Below, one piece after another: positions 1 to 10,761 of a stretch of DNA of 64,000 bases. The notes under the pieces were generated by a model that was given only the letters and a program-made list of their open reading frames with translations, searched no databases and was not told the origin of the DNA. The position numbers were made by a program, and so were the translations under genes. The stretch spans positions 4,564 through 68,563 of the forward strand of contig JBPCJP010000171.1 in NCBI GenBank assembly GCA_051005175.1. Direction: 5' to 3'. Every line of letters starts with the position of its first letter. The first letter of the stretch is position 1. Source of the stretch: Gemmatimonadaceae bacterium (lineage in GTDB: Bacteria > Gemmatimonadota > Gemmatimonadetes > Gemmatimonadales > Gemmatimonadaceae).

Positions 1-2712
1 TCGCGGATCGGATATGTGCGACAGGTCGTGCCGCTCAACGGTCTCACCCAGATCGTCGTTCGCATGGTGCGTACAACTGTCGCCCTCTCCGACGTGGTCG
101 TCGTCGGGTATGGCACCCAGGCCAGGAGCGACATCACGGGATCAGTGGCGAGTGTTGGCACCGAACGGCTCGAGGAAAAACCAAACGTGTCAATCTCGCA
201 GGCAATCGAGGGAGCCACTGCCGGCGTGACGGTGACGACGACCAATGCTGGCGCCGAGCCACGCCTCGACATCCAGGTTCGCGGGCGCAACTCGATTTCC
301 GCGAGCACCGCGCCTCTCGTGGTGGTGGATGGCATTCCATACAACGGAAACCTCGCCGAGATAAACCCATCCGATATCGCGTCCATTGAAATCCTGAAGG
401 ACGCTTCGGCGACCGCGATCTACGGATCGAGAGGTTCGAATGGAGTCTTGCTGGTGACGTCGAAGAAGGGAATCAACGGGAAGCCGATTCTCACGTACAG
501 CGCCTATACCGGAACGCAACGCATCTCGAACCTGCCGACGCTGATGAATGCCCAGCAATTCGCGGAGTTCAAGTGTGTCCGAATCAGAACGAGCCCGACG
601 CAGGATTGCAATTCGACATTGACGGCGACCGAACTCCAGGGGCTCGCCAACGGTACGGACACGGATTGGGAGCGTATCGGAACCCGCGACGGCCGTCAGA
701 TGCAGCACGACTTCTCCGTGAGCGGCGGGAGCGACGATACCCGTTACTACCTTGGCGGATCGCTGTTGAACGTGGATGGCGTGGCCAGGAACGACCAGTT
801 CGACAGGGTGACAGTCAGGCTCAATCTGGACCAGACGCTGAAGTCATGGCTCAAGGTGGGAACGAATACGCAGGTATCGAGAACGAATCGCGACGGCATG
901 CCGGTGAACTTCACAACTGCCTTCTTCTCCAATCCACTCATCTCTCCATACGACGCGAACGGAAATGTCGTGCTCGTTCCATGGCCTGAAGATCCGATCA
1001 CGAACAACGCGCTCGAGAACCTCAGCGTCATCGATAACAATCGCACGCGGCGCCTCTTCACGAGCAACTACCTTCGGCTGCGCATTCCACAGATTGACGG
1101 GCTTAGCTTCACGGTGAATGCCGGACTCGACCTCGCCAATCAGGACGTGGGCACTTACTTCGGAAGAGACACGCAGACAGGTCTCACCAGCGGGGGCCAG
1201 TCTGTCGTCAGCAACGTCCGGCGGAACGACTGGACCGTAGAGAACATCCTCGGCTACAACCGCGTGTTCGGTCGCCATTCGATCGACCTTCTGGCTCTCG
1301 CGAGCGAGCAGTCCAACGACCTCGAGCAGGACGGAGTGAGGGGGCAGGGCTATCCAAACGACGTATTGAACTACCGGTCCACGCTGCCGCTGCTTGCCGT
1401 GCCGACATCGTCGGTAATCGAGTCAAAGCTTCTGTCCCAGATGGGACGCCTCAATTACGGGTACGACGGTCGCTACCTGGTGACTCTCACGTCACGCCGC
1501 GACGGTTACTCCGGCTTCGGTCGCAACAACAAGTACGGTGTATTTCCTTCGGTGGCTCTGGGATGGAATGTGTCGAACGAGAGTTTCTTTCCATGGAAGA
1601 CATCGGTGGACGCATTGAAGCTCAGAGCCTCATACGGAAGGCATGGTAACCAGGCAATCCGGCCCTATCGCACGCTTTCGCAGCTCGACGACAGGTCCTA
1701 CCTGAACGGAGATTCGCCCGCACCGGGATACATTCCCGTATCGCTCGGAAACCCCGACCTCAAGTGGGAGACCACCCTCTCGCGAAACATCGGCATGGAC
1801 CTTAGTCTCTGGCGCGGCCGTATCAACGCGACCCTCGAGGCATACAGGTCCAACACCAGCGACCTGCTGCTCAGCCGTTCGATTTCATCTGTTCACGGAA
1901 TCGATTCAGTCACGCAGAACATCGGCAAGACGTCGAACAAGGGTTTCGAGCTTCAGCTGGGCACGGTGAACGTGAGCCGCGGGAGTTTTCGATGGGGCAC
2001 AGACCTCAACTTCGCGATGAACAGGAACAAGATCGTCGATCTCTATGGCGACCAGACGGATGACATCGGAAGCGGCTGGTTTATCGGAATGCCCATTGAC
2101 GTCAACTACGGATACAAGTTCGCCGGAATATTTCAGGAAGGCGATGACATAAAGAACAGCGCGCAGCCGACCGCCCTTCCGGGTTACGTGCGGGTAGTGG
2201 ACGTCAACGGCGACGGGAAGATCGATCCGCTCGACCGCACCTTCATCGGAAGTCTACAGCCGAAGTACACTGCCGGTCTCACCAATACGGTCAGGTTCAG
2301 TCGTTTCACGCTGAGCGCATTCGTCAATACAGTGCAGGGAGTGACGCGCTCCAACCAGCTGCTCGGGACCAACCAGGTTTTCACCGACGTCCGGCGGAAC
2401 ACTGTGTTCCGGACCTATTGGACACCTCAGACGCCGATCAACAACTATCCGTCCAACAGCAATTCAAGCAACCCACTGGCCGTGCCGTTCTATGAGGACG
2501 CGAGTTTCATCCGGCTGAAGGATGTGTCGCTGTCATACGACCTGCCGACTGGAGTCGCCCGGCGACTCGGAGGAGAATCGCTGCGGCTATATGTGAATGG
2601 ACGCAACCTGTGGACGAAAACGGAGTGGACGGGTCTCGATCCCGAACTCACGTCGCAACGCAACATTCCGCTGGAAAAAATTGTCACCGGCGGCATCACG
2701 GTGAGGTTCTAG
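1..2712 (+). CDS. SusC/RagA-family TonB-dependent outer membrane transporter (5' end outside window)
   Basis: Frame is open from base 1 (SRIGY...). VVVVGYG, PLVVVDG, SusC signature INPSDIASIEILKDASATAIYGSRGSNGV, GNPDLKWET, C-terminal F. Confidence 0.95.
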   Translation, partial: SRIGYVRQVVPLNGLTQIVVRMVRTTVALSDVVVVGYGTQARSDITGSVASVGTERLEEKPNVSISQAIEGATAGVTVTTTNAGAEPRLDIQVRGRNSISASTAPLVVVDGIPYNGNLAEINPSDIASIEILKDASATAIYGSRGSNGVLLVTSKKGINGKPILTYSAYTGTQRISNLPTLMNAQQFAEFKCVRIRTSPTQDCNSTLTATELQGLANGTDTDWERIGTRDGRQMQHDFSVSGGSDDTRYYLGGSLLNVDGVARNDQFDRVTVRLNLDQTLKSWLKVGTNTQVSRTNRDGMPVNFTTAFFSNPLISPYDANGNVVLVPWPEDPITNNALENLSVIDNNRTRRLFTSNYLRLRIPQIDGLSFTVNAGLDLANQDVGTYFGRDTQTGLTSGGQSVVSNVRRNDWTVENILGYNRVFGRHSIDLLALASEQSNDLEQDGVRGQGYPNDVLNYRSTLPLLAVPTSSVIESKLLSQMGRLNYGYDGRYLVTLTSRRDGYSGFGRNNKYGVFPSVALGWNVSNESFFPWKTSVDALKLRASYGRHGNQAIRPYRTLSQLDDRSYLNGDSPAPGYIPVSLGNPDLKWETTLSRNIGMDLSLWRGRINATLEAYRSNTSDLLLSRSISSVHGIDSVTQNIGKTSNKGFELQLGTVNVSRGSFRWGTDLNFAMNRNKIVDLYGDQTDDIGSGWFIGMPIDVNYGYKFAGIFQEGDDIKNSAQPTALPGYVRVVDVNGDGKIDPLDRTFIGSLQPKYTAGLTNTVRFSRFTLSAFVNTVQGVTRSNQLLGTNQVFTDVRRNTVFRTYWTPQTPINNYPSNSNSSNPLAVPFYEDASFIRLKDVSLSYDLPTGVARRLGGESLRLYVNGRNLWTKTEWTGLDPELTSQRNIPLEKIVTGGITVRF

Positions 2713-2716
2713 ATCC

Positions 2717-4357
2717 ATGACTACTTACAGGGATTTCTCCATGAAGAAGGCTATGCGCCAGCACGTGGTGTTCACACTGGCCGGTCTCGCGGCCCTACTG
2801 GCAGGCCCGGTTGCATGCAACAGCGACGAGATACTGACTGAACATCCGAAGGACATCATCGTCGCGGACAACCTGTACACAAACCTCGCCGGCTTCGAGG
2901 CAGGGTTGAATGCGCTCTACTTCCAAGTGCGGCGCGAGCGAAATGGACAGTCGAATGACGCGAACAACATTCTCGCTACCGCTTACTCGATTGGGACTGA
3001 CAACGGCTTCGGACTTTACCTATCGCCGCCGGAGCGGCTGTTCTCTGAGTTCGGCGTCCAGAACAATCCGCAGAACGGGTTCACGAACAGCTTCTGGACC
3101 TTGATGTACCAGACAATCAATGCCGCTAACACGATTATTAATCGAGCCGAGAACCCCGCTGTGCAGTGGTCCGCGGCGGACAAGGCCCGAGTTGTTGGAG
3201 AAGCGAGGCTGATCCGCGCATGGGCATATCGTCATCTCACGTACCTGTGGGGCGACGTTCCGCTGAACCTCGTGGAGTCGTCGGGTGACAACATCCGTAC
3301 TGACTGGGAGAGAACGCCGCGCGACTCGGTTCGAAAGGTGATCGTCAACGATCTCCTGTTTGCGGAAGCGAACCTGCCGGAGACTTCTACAAATCCCGGC
3401 AAGCTCACGAAGGCGGTCGCGCAGCATTATCTCGCGGAGATGTACCTCGCGCTCAACGACCCGGCGAAGGCGGAAGCAGCAGCGCAAGCTGTGATATCGA
3501 GCGGCCTCTACAGGCTGATAACCGCACGGTATGGCGTCAAGGCATCGCAGCCGGGCGTCGCGTTCATGGACCAGTTTGTGGACGGAAACGTCAATCGCAA
3601 CCAGGGCAACACTGAAGTTCTCTGGGCCCTCCAGTACGCGCAGAACGTTCCGGGAGGTGGTGCGAGCATCATGCGCCGAAGCTGGGTCACCCGGTACGAG
3701 AGCAATCGAGGAGTGTCCATCTCGGCTGACAACGGTGGGCGTGGCATCGGACGTCTCGCGATTACCAACTATGGCCTGAACCTGTATCAGCCCAACGACG
3801 TTCGAGGTGGTCAGTATGCGATCAGGCGCTTCTACATCCTCAACAATCCTGCCAACCTCCTCGCTGGCAAGAAGCTGGGAGATACTCTGTTGACAGTGGC
3901 GGGAACGGAAAAAGTCAGTGATCCACTGCGGCCGAGCACGCGCAAATGGGACTGGACCGACCCGAACGACATTACCGGCGCGTCCCAGTACGGCGACCAG
4001 CCCTACATCCGTGTCGCCGAGACGTATCTGCTGCTGGCGGAAGCGCAGTTGAAGAGAGGCAATGCGGCGGCCGCATCGGCAACCATCAACGTGCTCCGGG
4101 CGCGCGCCGGCGCGACACCAATAACTGCCGGTGACGTCACGATGACTTTCATTCTCGACGAACGCTCGCGTGAGCTGGTGACCGAGGAGCAACGCCGCTA
4201 CACGCTGATACGAACCGGTACCTGGCTGGCACGCGTGAAGTTGTACAACAAGCTGGCGGCACCAGTGGTGCAGGCGCGCGATTCGGTGCTGCCGATTCCC
4301 CAGGCGGTGATCGATGCGAACCTCACCAAGCCGATGCCACAGAATCCCGGATACTGA
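2717..4357 (+). CDS. SusD/RagB-family nutrient-binding lipoprotein (start may be 2741)
   Basis: Lipobox VAC; GEARLIRAWAY, WGDVPL, IRVAETYLLLAEA, ILDERSREL motifs; directly follows SusC. Confidence 0.93.
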   Translation: MTTYRDFSMKKAMRQHVVFTLAGLAALLAGPVACNSDEILTEHPKDIIVADNLYTNLAGFEAGLNALYFQVRRERNGQSNDANNILATAYSIGTDNGFGLYLSPPERLFSEFGVQNNPQNGFTNSFWTLMYQTINAANTIINRAENPAVQWSAADKARVVGEARLIRAWAYRHLTYLWGDVPLNLVESSGDNIRTDWERTPRDSVRKVIVNDLLFAEANLPETSTNPGKLTKAVAQHYLAEMYLALNDPAKAEAAAQAVISSGLYRLITARYGVKASQPGVAFMDQFVDGNVNRNQGNTEVLWALQYAQNVPGGGASIMRRSWVTRYESNRGVSISADNGGRGIGRLAITNYGLNLYQPNDVRGGQYAIRRFYILNNPANLLAGKKLGDTLLTVAGTEKVSDPLRPSTRKWDWTDPNDITGASQYGDQPYIRVAETYLLLAEAQLKRGNAAAASATINVLRARAGATPITAGDVTMTFILDERSRELVTEEQRRYTLIRTGTWLARVKLYNKLAAPVVQARDSVLPIPQAVIDANLTKPMPQNPGY

Positions 4358-4388
4358 TCGCGGGGACTGACTGCAAGGTGAAGACATC

Positions 4389-6983
4389 ATGAACGGCCGG
4401 ACAGCTTTGATGGCCGTTCTGGCCGGCATGGCGGTGCTCGCATGCGGGGAGATGGCTCAGGCCCAGAGCCTTCGGCAACAGGCGCCGTTCAATGATGGAT
4501 GGCTCTATCGCGCAGACGGCTTGAACCTCGCCGAGAGGCCGGCGATGCCCGACAGCGACTGGAAGGCGGTGTCACTGCCGCATACGTGGAACGCGTCCGA
4601 TCCATTCGACGACGTGCCGAGCTACCGGCGCGGCGTTTCGTGGTACAGAAAGCATTTCGCACTCCCCGATGCCTTCCGTGGCAAGCTCATTTACGTGCGG
4701 TTCGAGGGCGTGAACCAGGTAGCTGACGTATTCGTGAACGGCGCATTCATCGGCCGGCACGTGGGTGGATACACATCGTTCACGATGGATATCACCCAGG
4801 CACTCAAGCCGGGCGAGAATCTCATCGCCGTACAGGTGGACAACAGCCACGATCCGTTCCTCCCGCCCCTCTCGGTGGGATTTGCTCTTTACGGAGGGAT
4901 TTACCGGGACGTGTGGCTCATCGCGACTGACTCTGTCCACGTGACGATGACCGATCACGGATCGAGCGGGTTGTACGTGACGACTCCCGTTGTGTCTCCG
5001 GCGAGTGGCCAGGTATCGGTTCGCGGGAGTGCGCTGAACGAGACTTCTTTGGTAAGGCAGCTCCGGATCGTGAACAACCTGCAGGATGCGAGCGGAAAGA
5101 CTGTCTCGTCCGTGACGACAAATATCGAAGCGCAGCCCGGCGTGACCTTCGACTGGACCCAGACGTTGCCCGCAATTCGTGCGCCTCGCCTCTGGTCACC
5201 CGATGATCCGTATCTGTACCGGGTGGTGACGGAGATACGTGAGGGGGGGCGGGTGAGAGATCGCGTCGAAAGCCCGCTCGGCTTTCGCTGGTTCTCTTTC
5301 GACCCCCAGGGCGGCTTCACGCTCAATGGGCAAAAGGTCCAGTTGAAAGGGACGAACCGGCACCAGGATTACCAGGGCCTTGGATCTGCGCTGAGCGACA
5401 GCCTCCACTTGCGCGACATGAAGTGGATCAAGGATATGGGCGCCAACTTCCTTCGGCTCGCCCACTATCCCCAGGATCCAGCCGTCCTCGCTGCTGCAGA
5501 CACACTTGGCCTCCTGGTCTGGGAAGAGATTCCCGTCGTGAACTACATCACGCCGTCGGCAAGCTTCACCGACAACTCGACGGACATGCTCGTTGAAATG
5601 ATCCGGCAGCACTTCAACCATCCCAGTGTGATCACCTGGGGAATCATGAACGAGGTGTATCTCTGGAGTCCTGAGGGGTTCCGCATCAGGAAGCAGACTG
5701 ACACCGCTTACATGTCGAACGTGCTCGCGTTTACCCGACACCTCGACAGTGCTGCGCGAGCCGAGGATCCAACGCGGCCTGTTGCAATGGCTGTACACGG
5801 CAGCGACGACTACGATGCATCGGGAGTCTCCGGCGTCACCGCCCTGCTCGGCCAGAACATTTACAGCGGCTGGTATGGTGGTGTGTTCGAGGATTTCGGG
5901 AAGCAGCTGGACCGGCGGCACGCAGTGCATCCGCGGGAAGTGATTCTCGTGAGCGAGTATGGTGCAGAGGACGACTATCGCGTCAATTCGCTGGAGCCGA
6001 GTCGTTTCGACTTCAGCGGGACATGGATGCGGCGTTATCACGAGTCCTATATCCGCCAGATAAACGCCCGGCCGTGGCTCGGAGGAACGGCGGTTTGGAG
6101 CCAGTTCGATTTCTCGCAGCCTGAAACAGGCGGTTCCATTCCCTACATGAACCAGAAGGGCCTTCAGCAGTGGGACCGTACGCCCAAGGACGCATACTAC
6201 CTGTACAAGGCCAACTGGAATCCCATGCCCATGGTTTACATCGCTAGCCGGGGATGGTCACGGAGAACCGGTGACGCCTCCCTGCCCCAGCCGGTAGATG
6301 TCTACTCCAATCAGCCACGAGTAGAACTGTTTCTCAACGGCAGGTCCCTCGGGGTGAAGGCGCCTGACGATGTTCATCGTGCCACATGGGACGTCACGTT
6401 TTCGGCTGGAGCTAATCGCATCGTCGCGCGTGCGGTGGGCAGGAAGGCGCCCGCAGACAGCATGCGGGTAGACTTCGCGGCTCGTGCCGCGCGTCTGTCA
6501 GATGCATCACTGCCCTTTCGGGAAATCGGCGTGAATGCCGGTGGAAGGGCGCAATACGCGGAACCCAGTGGGATCGTGTGGGAAGGTGACCAGACATACA
6601 TCCCGGGTGCATTCGGACATGCAGATGGTAAAGAGCGGATGTTCGACAAGGACCTTCCAATCAAGGATTCGAGGGACACTCCGCTGTTTTTCACGTACCT
6701 CTCCGGATTGGCCAGCTACAGGTTCGACGTGCCCGACGGTGACTATGAGGTCGAGCTTCTCCTGGCGGAGCCTGAAGCATTGCCGGGCAAGCGGGTGTTT
6801 TCCGCCAGCGCGAATGGAGTGGAAATCTTCCGGAATCTCGATCTCGCTGCCATGCACGGCATTGCACGCGCAACCTCGTTTCGCGCCAAGGTTGTCGCCG
6901 CTGGCAGCCTGGGCCTCGATGTACGGTTCTCCGCGTCGCGAGGTGAGACAATCCTGAATGCCATTCGCGTGAGGAAATTGTAG
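4389..6983 (+). CDS. GH2 glycoside hydrolase (beta-glucuronidase/galactosidase-like) with C-terminal malectin-like domain
   Basis: LPHTWN, FEGVN, LKGTNRHQD, LRLAHYP, WGIMNE (acid/base), SEYG (nucleophile); C-terminal YRFDVPDGDYEVELLLAE...GKRVF malectin pattern. Confidence 0.9.
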   Translation: MNGRTALMAVLAGMAVLACGEMAQAQSLRQQAPFNDGWLYRADGLNLAERPAMPDSDWKAVSLPHTWNASDPFDDVPSYRRGVSWYRKHFALPDAFRGKLIYVRFEGVNQVADVFVNGAFIGRHVGGYTSFTMDITQALKPGENLIAVQVDNSHDPFLPPLSVGFALYGGIYRDVWLIATDSVHVTMTDHGSSGLYVTTPVVSPASGQVSVRGSALNETSLVRQLRIVNNLQDASGKTVSSVTTNIEAQPGVTFDWTQTLPAIRAPRLWSPDDPYLYRVVTEIREGGRVRDRVESPLGFRWFSFDPQGGFTLNGQKVQLKGTNRHQDYQGLGSALSDSLHLRDMKWIKDMGANFLRLAHYPQDPAVLAAADTLGLLVWEEIPVVNYITPSASFTDNSTDMLVEMIRQHFNHPSVITWGIMNEVYLWSPEGFRIRKQTDTAYMSNVLAFTRHLDSAARAEDPTRPVAMAVHGSDDYDASGVSGVTALLGQNIYSGWYGGVFEDFGKQLDRRHAVHPREVILVSEYGAEDDYRVNSLEPSRFDFSGTWMRRYHESYIRQINARPWLGGTAVWSQFDFSQPETGGSIPYMNQKGLQQWDRTPKDAYYLYKANWNPMPMVYIASRGWSRRTGDASLPQPVDVYSNQPRVELFLNGRSLGVKAPDDVHRATWDVTFSAGANRIVARAVGRKAPADSMRVDFAARAARLSDASLPFREIGVNAGGRAQYAEPSGIVWEGDQTYIPGAFGHADGKERMFDKDLPIKDSRDTPLFFTYLSGLASYRFDVPDGDYEVELLLAEPEALPGKRVFSASANGVEIFRNLDLAAMHGIARATSFRAKVVAAGSLGLDVRFSASRGETILNAIRVRKL

Positions 6984-9914
6984 ATGCGCTATCGCGGTTT
7001 CATGGTGGCAACTGCTCTTGCTCTGGCGTCGGTGGGAAGTGGAGGAGCGCAGGTGTCATCTGCAACGCCTCGCCTGCTCGCCTTTGCCGACACCAGCAGC
7101 GTAAGAATAGAGCTGGCGTCTCCTGCACCACGTTCGCTTGATGGGGCGGTAATCAACGGCTCGATTGTCAGCGTCAGCGATTCATCCGTGCTCTGGTCTG
7201 GAGAGCTCGGAAAGCTTGCGGTCGGGCCGGACGGTATCGGCCGGCTCACTCGCAGCCTCAGGGGTCTGCGGCCAATGCGTTGGAGCCCACAGTCTCCATC
7301 ACTCTATGTACTCTCCGCGAGTGCAAGGGCGAGTGCGAATACCGGGTCCGGCGTGGCCGAGCGGATTCGTTTCGGCTTCAGGTCGATGAGCACGTCCGAC
7401 GGCAAACTTCTGCTGAACGGGCGACCCGTTTTCCTGAAGGGAAACGCGATCAACCCGCCTGAGAGAAACATTCCTGATTCCCTGGAGGAGAACCGTCGCT
7501 TCGTCGAACCGTACGTGCGCTACCTGAAAAGCGTAGGGGTCAACATCATCCGGTTGACCCGTCACTCGCAGGTCTGGTTCGACGTCTGCGACGAGCTTGG
7601 GATGATGCTGTTTCAGGGAAACTACGGCACGCCGCAGGGAGGCAGGCCCACGCAGGCACCCACGCGCCCGCTCGGGGAGAGCGTCGACTGGTACCGTAAG
7701 GACGTGCTCGGGCCGCTCGTCAACCATCCCAGCGTTGTTGTCTATGTGCTGACGAATGAACAGGCAGACGCAGAGATCAACTACCTGAACACCGGGGCTG
7801 AGGGAGTCAATCGGTTCCTGCGCGCGATGTACGACTCGTTGCAGAAGTGGGATGACAACCGGCTCTACATCGCGAATGCAGGGTACGGTTTCGGCAGGGC
7901 GGGAGATATCTGCGACCTGCATCGCTACTGGGGCTGGTACTACAACTCCTTCCTCAGTTTCTACACCATGCGTGACCCGAAAATCTGCTGGCGCAGGAAC
8001 ATGGTTCAGCCCATGACGATGACGGAGAACGTCGGCAACTATACGGGAGTGGATGGCAGGTTCAATCTCGTGCCGGCTACCAAGCAGCCTGATTCACAGT
8101 TGAACTGGACTGGTCACGCACCTCAGTCGGAGCAGGCGGAGCGAGCGCTCGGATATCAGGCCTGGATGGCGAAGCAGGCCATCGAGATTTATCGGCGAAG
8201 TCGCGAGCAGAACCCCAACCTGGCAGGTCTCACTCCTTTCACGATTGCTTTCCACAATTGGTGGGGAATCAGCGGCTTCGAGGACATGAAGCCGAAGCCC
8301 ATCATGAGGCAGTACGCGATTTCGTACCAGCCTGTTCTGCTGAGCTGGGAGTCGTGGTCGCCCAATGCATACGCCGGCAGCACCATCAGCCCCGTTGCGC
8401 ACATCGTGAATGACAGCGAGGACGGCAGTGATCTTCCACCGACCATGCTGCACTATTCGCTGGTGGGTCCCGACGGAAAAGCGCGTCTGAGCTCCCGCGT
8501 GGCGCTGGCGCCTGTTCCCTACTACGAAGCGTCGAGCAAGTCCATCGAGATTGCACTTCCCGCTGATCTCGCGATGGGGCGCTACACGTTGACCGGCCAT
8601 GTCGTCCAGGGAAAGGATACGCTGTCGCGAAATGAGGTCGGTGTCTTCATTGCGCCGAAAGCATTCGGCACGCGTGCCTCGCTTCAGGTACAACTATATG
8701 ATGACCCGGCTGGCAGGACTGCCCGTGCGCTACGTGCTATCGGTGTTGAGTCTACACCCGTCCGCTCGATTGCTTCACTCACACCTTCTGGTGGCCCGCT
8801 TGTAATCGGTGCCGAGGCGTGGAGCGACAGGCTTGACCACGAAACGGGCAGCCTGCGTTCCTTCATCGCACGTGGCGGCCGGGTGCTGATTCTCCACCAG
8901 AAGCCGGAGAAGTTCAACGGGCGCTGGATGCCCGCGCCGATACGGCTCCAGCCAGGCGAGCTCGATCATCCGCTGGTGTTCCCGGGCGGTCGTCCGTTCA
9001 GGAACGGCATTGCGGTGAATCCCGAGCGTCATTCGAATCCTGTGTTCGACGGCATTGATCGGGACATGATGTTTCTGTGGTCGGACTTCACGCGGTGGAA
9101 CGAGGCCAAACCGGGATTCCCGCAGGTTTACCCGGTGTCGCAGGGCTTTGTCATCACCGATCCCAGCTCGATGGGACGAGTTGCTGTCCTCGCGAACTAC
9201 GACCACGGACTTGAGGGTGTTGCGCTGGCCGAGATGTTCGATGGAAAGGGTTCCGTCATGTTGACCGGGCTCGACGTTGTAAACCGCGCGGGGCTCGACC
9301 CGGTATCAGACCGAATGCTGGCCAACATGATCCGGTACATGAGCTCGGACATGAGCGGGGTGAAGGATGCCCATCAGGCGGCACCGCTCATCGAGAAGAA
9401 GATCATGTGGGGAGACTATGAATCAGAGGCTGGGCTGCTGACCGGCATATACAGCGGGCTTCTGCTCAACACAGTTCCCGTCGTTCCCGCTGATCTGGAA
9501 AAGAAATACCCGATCAACGTGAGCGCGGAGGGTTATACCTTTGCCGGTGGAACCAGCGGATGGAACACGAAGCCGGCCATTCAGTACGTGCCCCGGGGAC
9601 GAAGGGCTTTTGGACCATACACATTCAGCGCCGGCGGCTCGGTAGAGCTTGTGGACAAGGAGAGCAAGCTCGGTGAAGGCCGGGTGTGGGTGCGAGTGCC
9701 GCCGTCAAGAACAAGGATGCTGACGACGATATCCAATCCTGTCGCCGAAGCCCTCGCGATCGAGCTAATCGTTGACAGTGTCGTCACGAAGTCTTCGATT
9801 CCACCGAACTCCACCGTGACTGTCGAGACCGATATCAGGGGTAGCGACAAGGCTCACGAGATCACTTTCCGGGCCGACCGCCGGCTCGTACTTATCGAGA
9901 CAGACTTCAGATGA
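6984..9914 (+). CDS. Secreted divergent GH2-like (clan GH-A) glycoside hydrolase
   Basis: Signal peptide; FGFR, LLLNGRPVFLKG, CDELGMM, NHPSVVVYVLTNE, DLHRYWGWY, MTEN motifs. Confidence 0.75.
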   Translation: MRYRGFMVATALALASVGSGGAQVSSATPRLLAFADTSSVRIELASPAPRSLDGAVINGSIVSVSDSSVLWSGELGKLAVGPDGIGRLTRSLRGLRPMRWSPQSPSLYVLSASARASANTGSGVAERIRFGFRSMSTSDGKLLLNGRPVFLKGNAINPPERNIPDSLEENRRFVEPYVRYLKSVGVNIIRLTRHSQVWFDVCDELGMMLFQGNYGTPQGGRPTQAPTRPLGESVDWYRKDVLGPLVNHPSVVVYVLTNEQADAEINYLNTGAEGVNRFLRAMYDSLQKWDDNRLYIANAGYGFGRAGDICDLHRYWGWYYNSFLSFYTMRDPKICWRRNMVQPMTMTENVGNYTGVDGRFNLVPATKQPDSQLNWTGHAPQSEQAERALGYQAWMAKQAIEIYRRSREQNPNLAGLTPFTIAFHNWWGISGFEDMKPKPIMRQYAISYQPVLLSWESWSPNAYAGSTISPVAHIVNDSEDGSDLPPTMLHYSLVGPDGKARLSSRVALAPVPYYEASSKSIEIALPADLAMGRYTLTGHVVQGKDTLSRNEVGVFIAPKAFGTRASLQVQLYDDPAGRTARALRAIGVESTPVRSIASLTPSGGPLVIGAEAWSDRLDHETGSLRSFIARGGRVLILHQKPEKFNGRWMPAPIRLQPGELDHPLVFPGGRPFRNGIAVNPERHSNPVFDGIDRDMMFLWSDFTRWNEAKPGFPQVYPVSQGFVITDPSSMGRVAVLANYDHGLEGVALAEMFDGKGSVMLTGLDVVNRAGLDPVSDRMLANMIRYMSSDMSGVKDAHQAAPLIEKKIMWGDYESEAGLLTGIYSGLLLNTVPVVPADLEKKYPINVSAEGYTFAGGTSGWNTKPAIQYVPRGRRAFGPYTFSAGGSVELVDKESKLGEGRVWVRVPPSRTRMLTTISNPVAEALAIELIVDSVVTKSSIPPNSTVTVETDIRGSDKAHEITFRADRRLVLIETDFR

Positions 9915-10723
9915 CCGGACCTTTCGACCTCGGCGGGCGTGTTGCTGTGGTAACCGGCGGTTACGGGGTGCTGGGCGGCAGCATCTCGGACGCGCTTTCA
10001 CAGGCAGGAGCACGCGTTGCTGTCCTCGGTCGCAGCGATGAATCGGCCGCAGGCAAGGTTTCCGATCTTGGTGAGGCTGGAGGCGAGGCGATGGCTCTCG
10101 TCGCGGACGTTCTCGACGAAGGCCAGCTCCATAAAGCGCGGCAACTGGTAGTGGATGCATGGGGACGTGTGGACATTCTCGTGAATGCTGCCGGAGGAAA
10201 CGTCGCGCGGGCGCGAACGGACACCACTTCAGTATTCGACGTGCCATCGGATGCGTTCGACGAGGTTGTCGCGCTCAATCTTCAGGGGACCATCAGGCCC
10301 TCGCTCGTGTTCGCCGAGGCGATGGCGGCACGGAAGCAGGGCGTGATAATCAATATCTCCTCGATGGCCGCGCAGCAGGCGATGACCGGCGTACCCGGAT
10401 ACTCGGTAGCGAAGGCCGGCATCGACGCATTCACTCGCTGGATGGCGATGGAAATGGCGCAGAAGCATGGAGACGGGATTCGCGTCAATGCGATCGCGCC
10501 CGGGTTCTTCATCACCTCGCAGAATCGGGGGGTGCTAGTCAATCCGGACGGAACGCCGACGGCCCGTGCACAGAAAATTCTTGCTAACACTCCGATGGGA
10601 CGCTTTGGCAGACCTGAGGAGCTGAACGGAGCCATCCAGTGGCTCTGCAGCGACGCTTCGTCGTTTGTCACCGGCGCCGTCATTCCCATCGACGGCGGCT
10701 TCAGCATCTTCAGCGGCGTATGA
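9911..10723 (+). CDS. SDR oxidoreductase, probable D-mannonate (fructuronate) oxidoreductase
   Basis: TGGYGVLG, NAAGGN, YSVAK, RVNAIAPGFF, TPMGRFG; adjacent to uxuA/uxaC. Confidence 0.8.
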   Translation: MTGPFDLGGRVAVVTGGYGVLGGSISDALSQAGARVAVLGRSDESAAGKVSDLGEAGGEAMALVADVLDEGQLHKARQLVVDAWGRVDILVNAAGGNVARARTDTTSVFDVPSDAFDEVVALNLQGTIRPSLVFAEAMAARKQGVIINISSMAAQQAMTGVPGYSVAKAGIDAFTRWMAMEMAQKHGDGIRVNAIAPGFFITSQNRGVLVNPDGTPTARAQKILANTPMGRFGRPEELNGAIQWLCSDASSFVTGAVIPIDGGFSIFSGV

Positions 10724-10761
10724 CGCGCATTCAAGCATTCACGAATCCCGGACACATATAG

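Noticed and set aside
3020-4429. Long antisense ORFs (also 48607-49938, 25226-26131 and others)
   Set aside because: Shadow frames of well-supported genes in GC-rich DNA, with no recognisable motifs.
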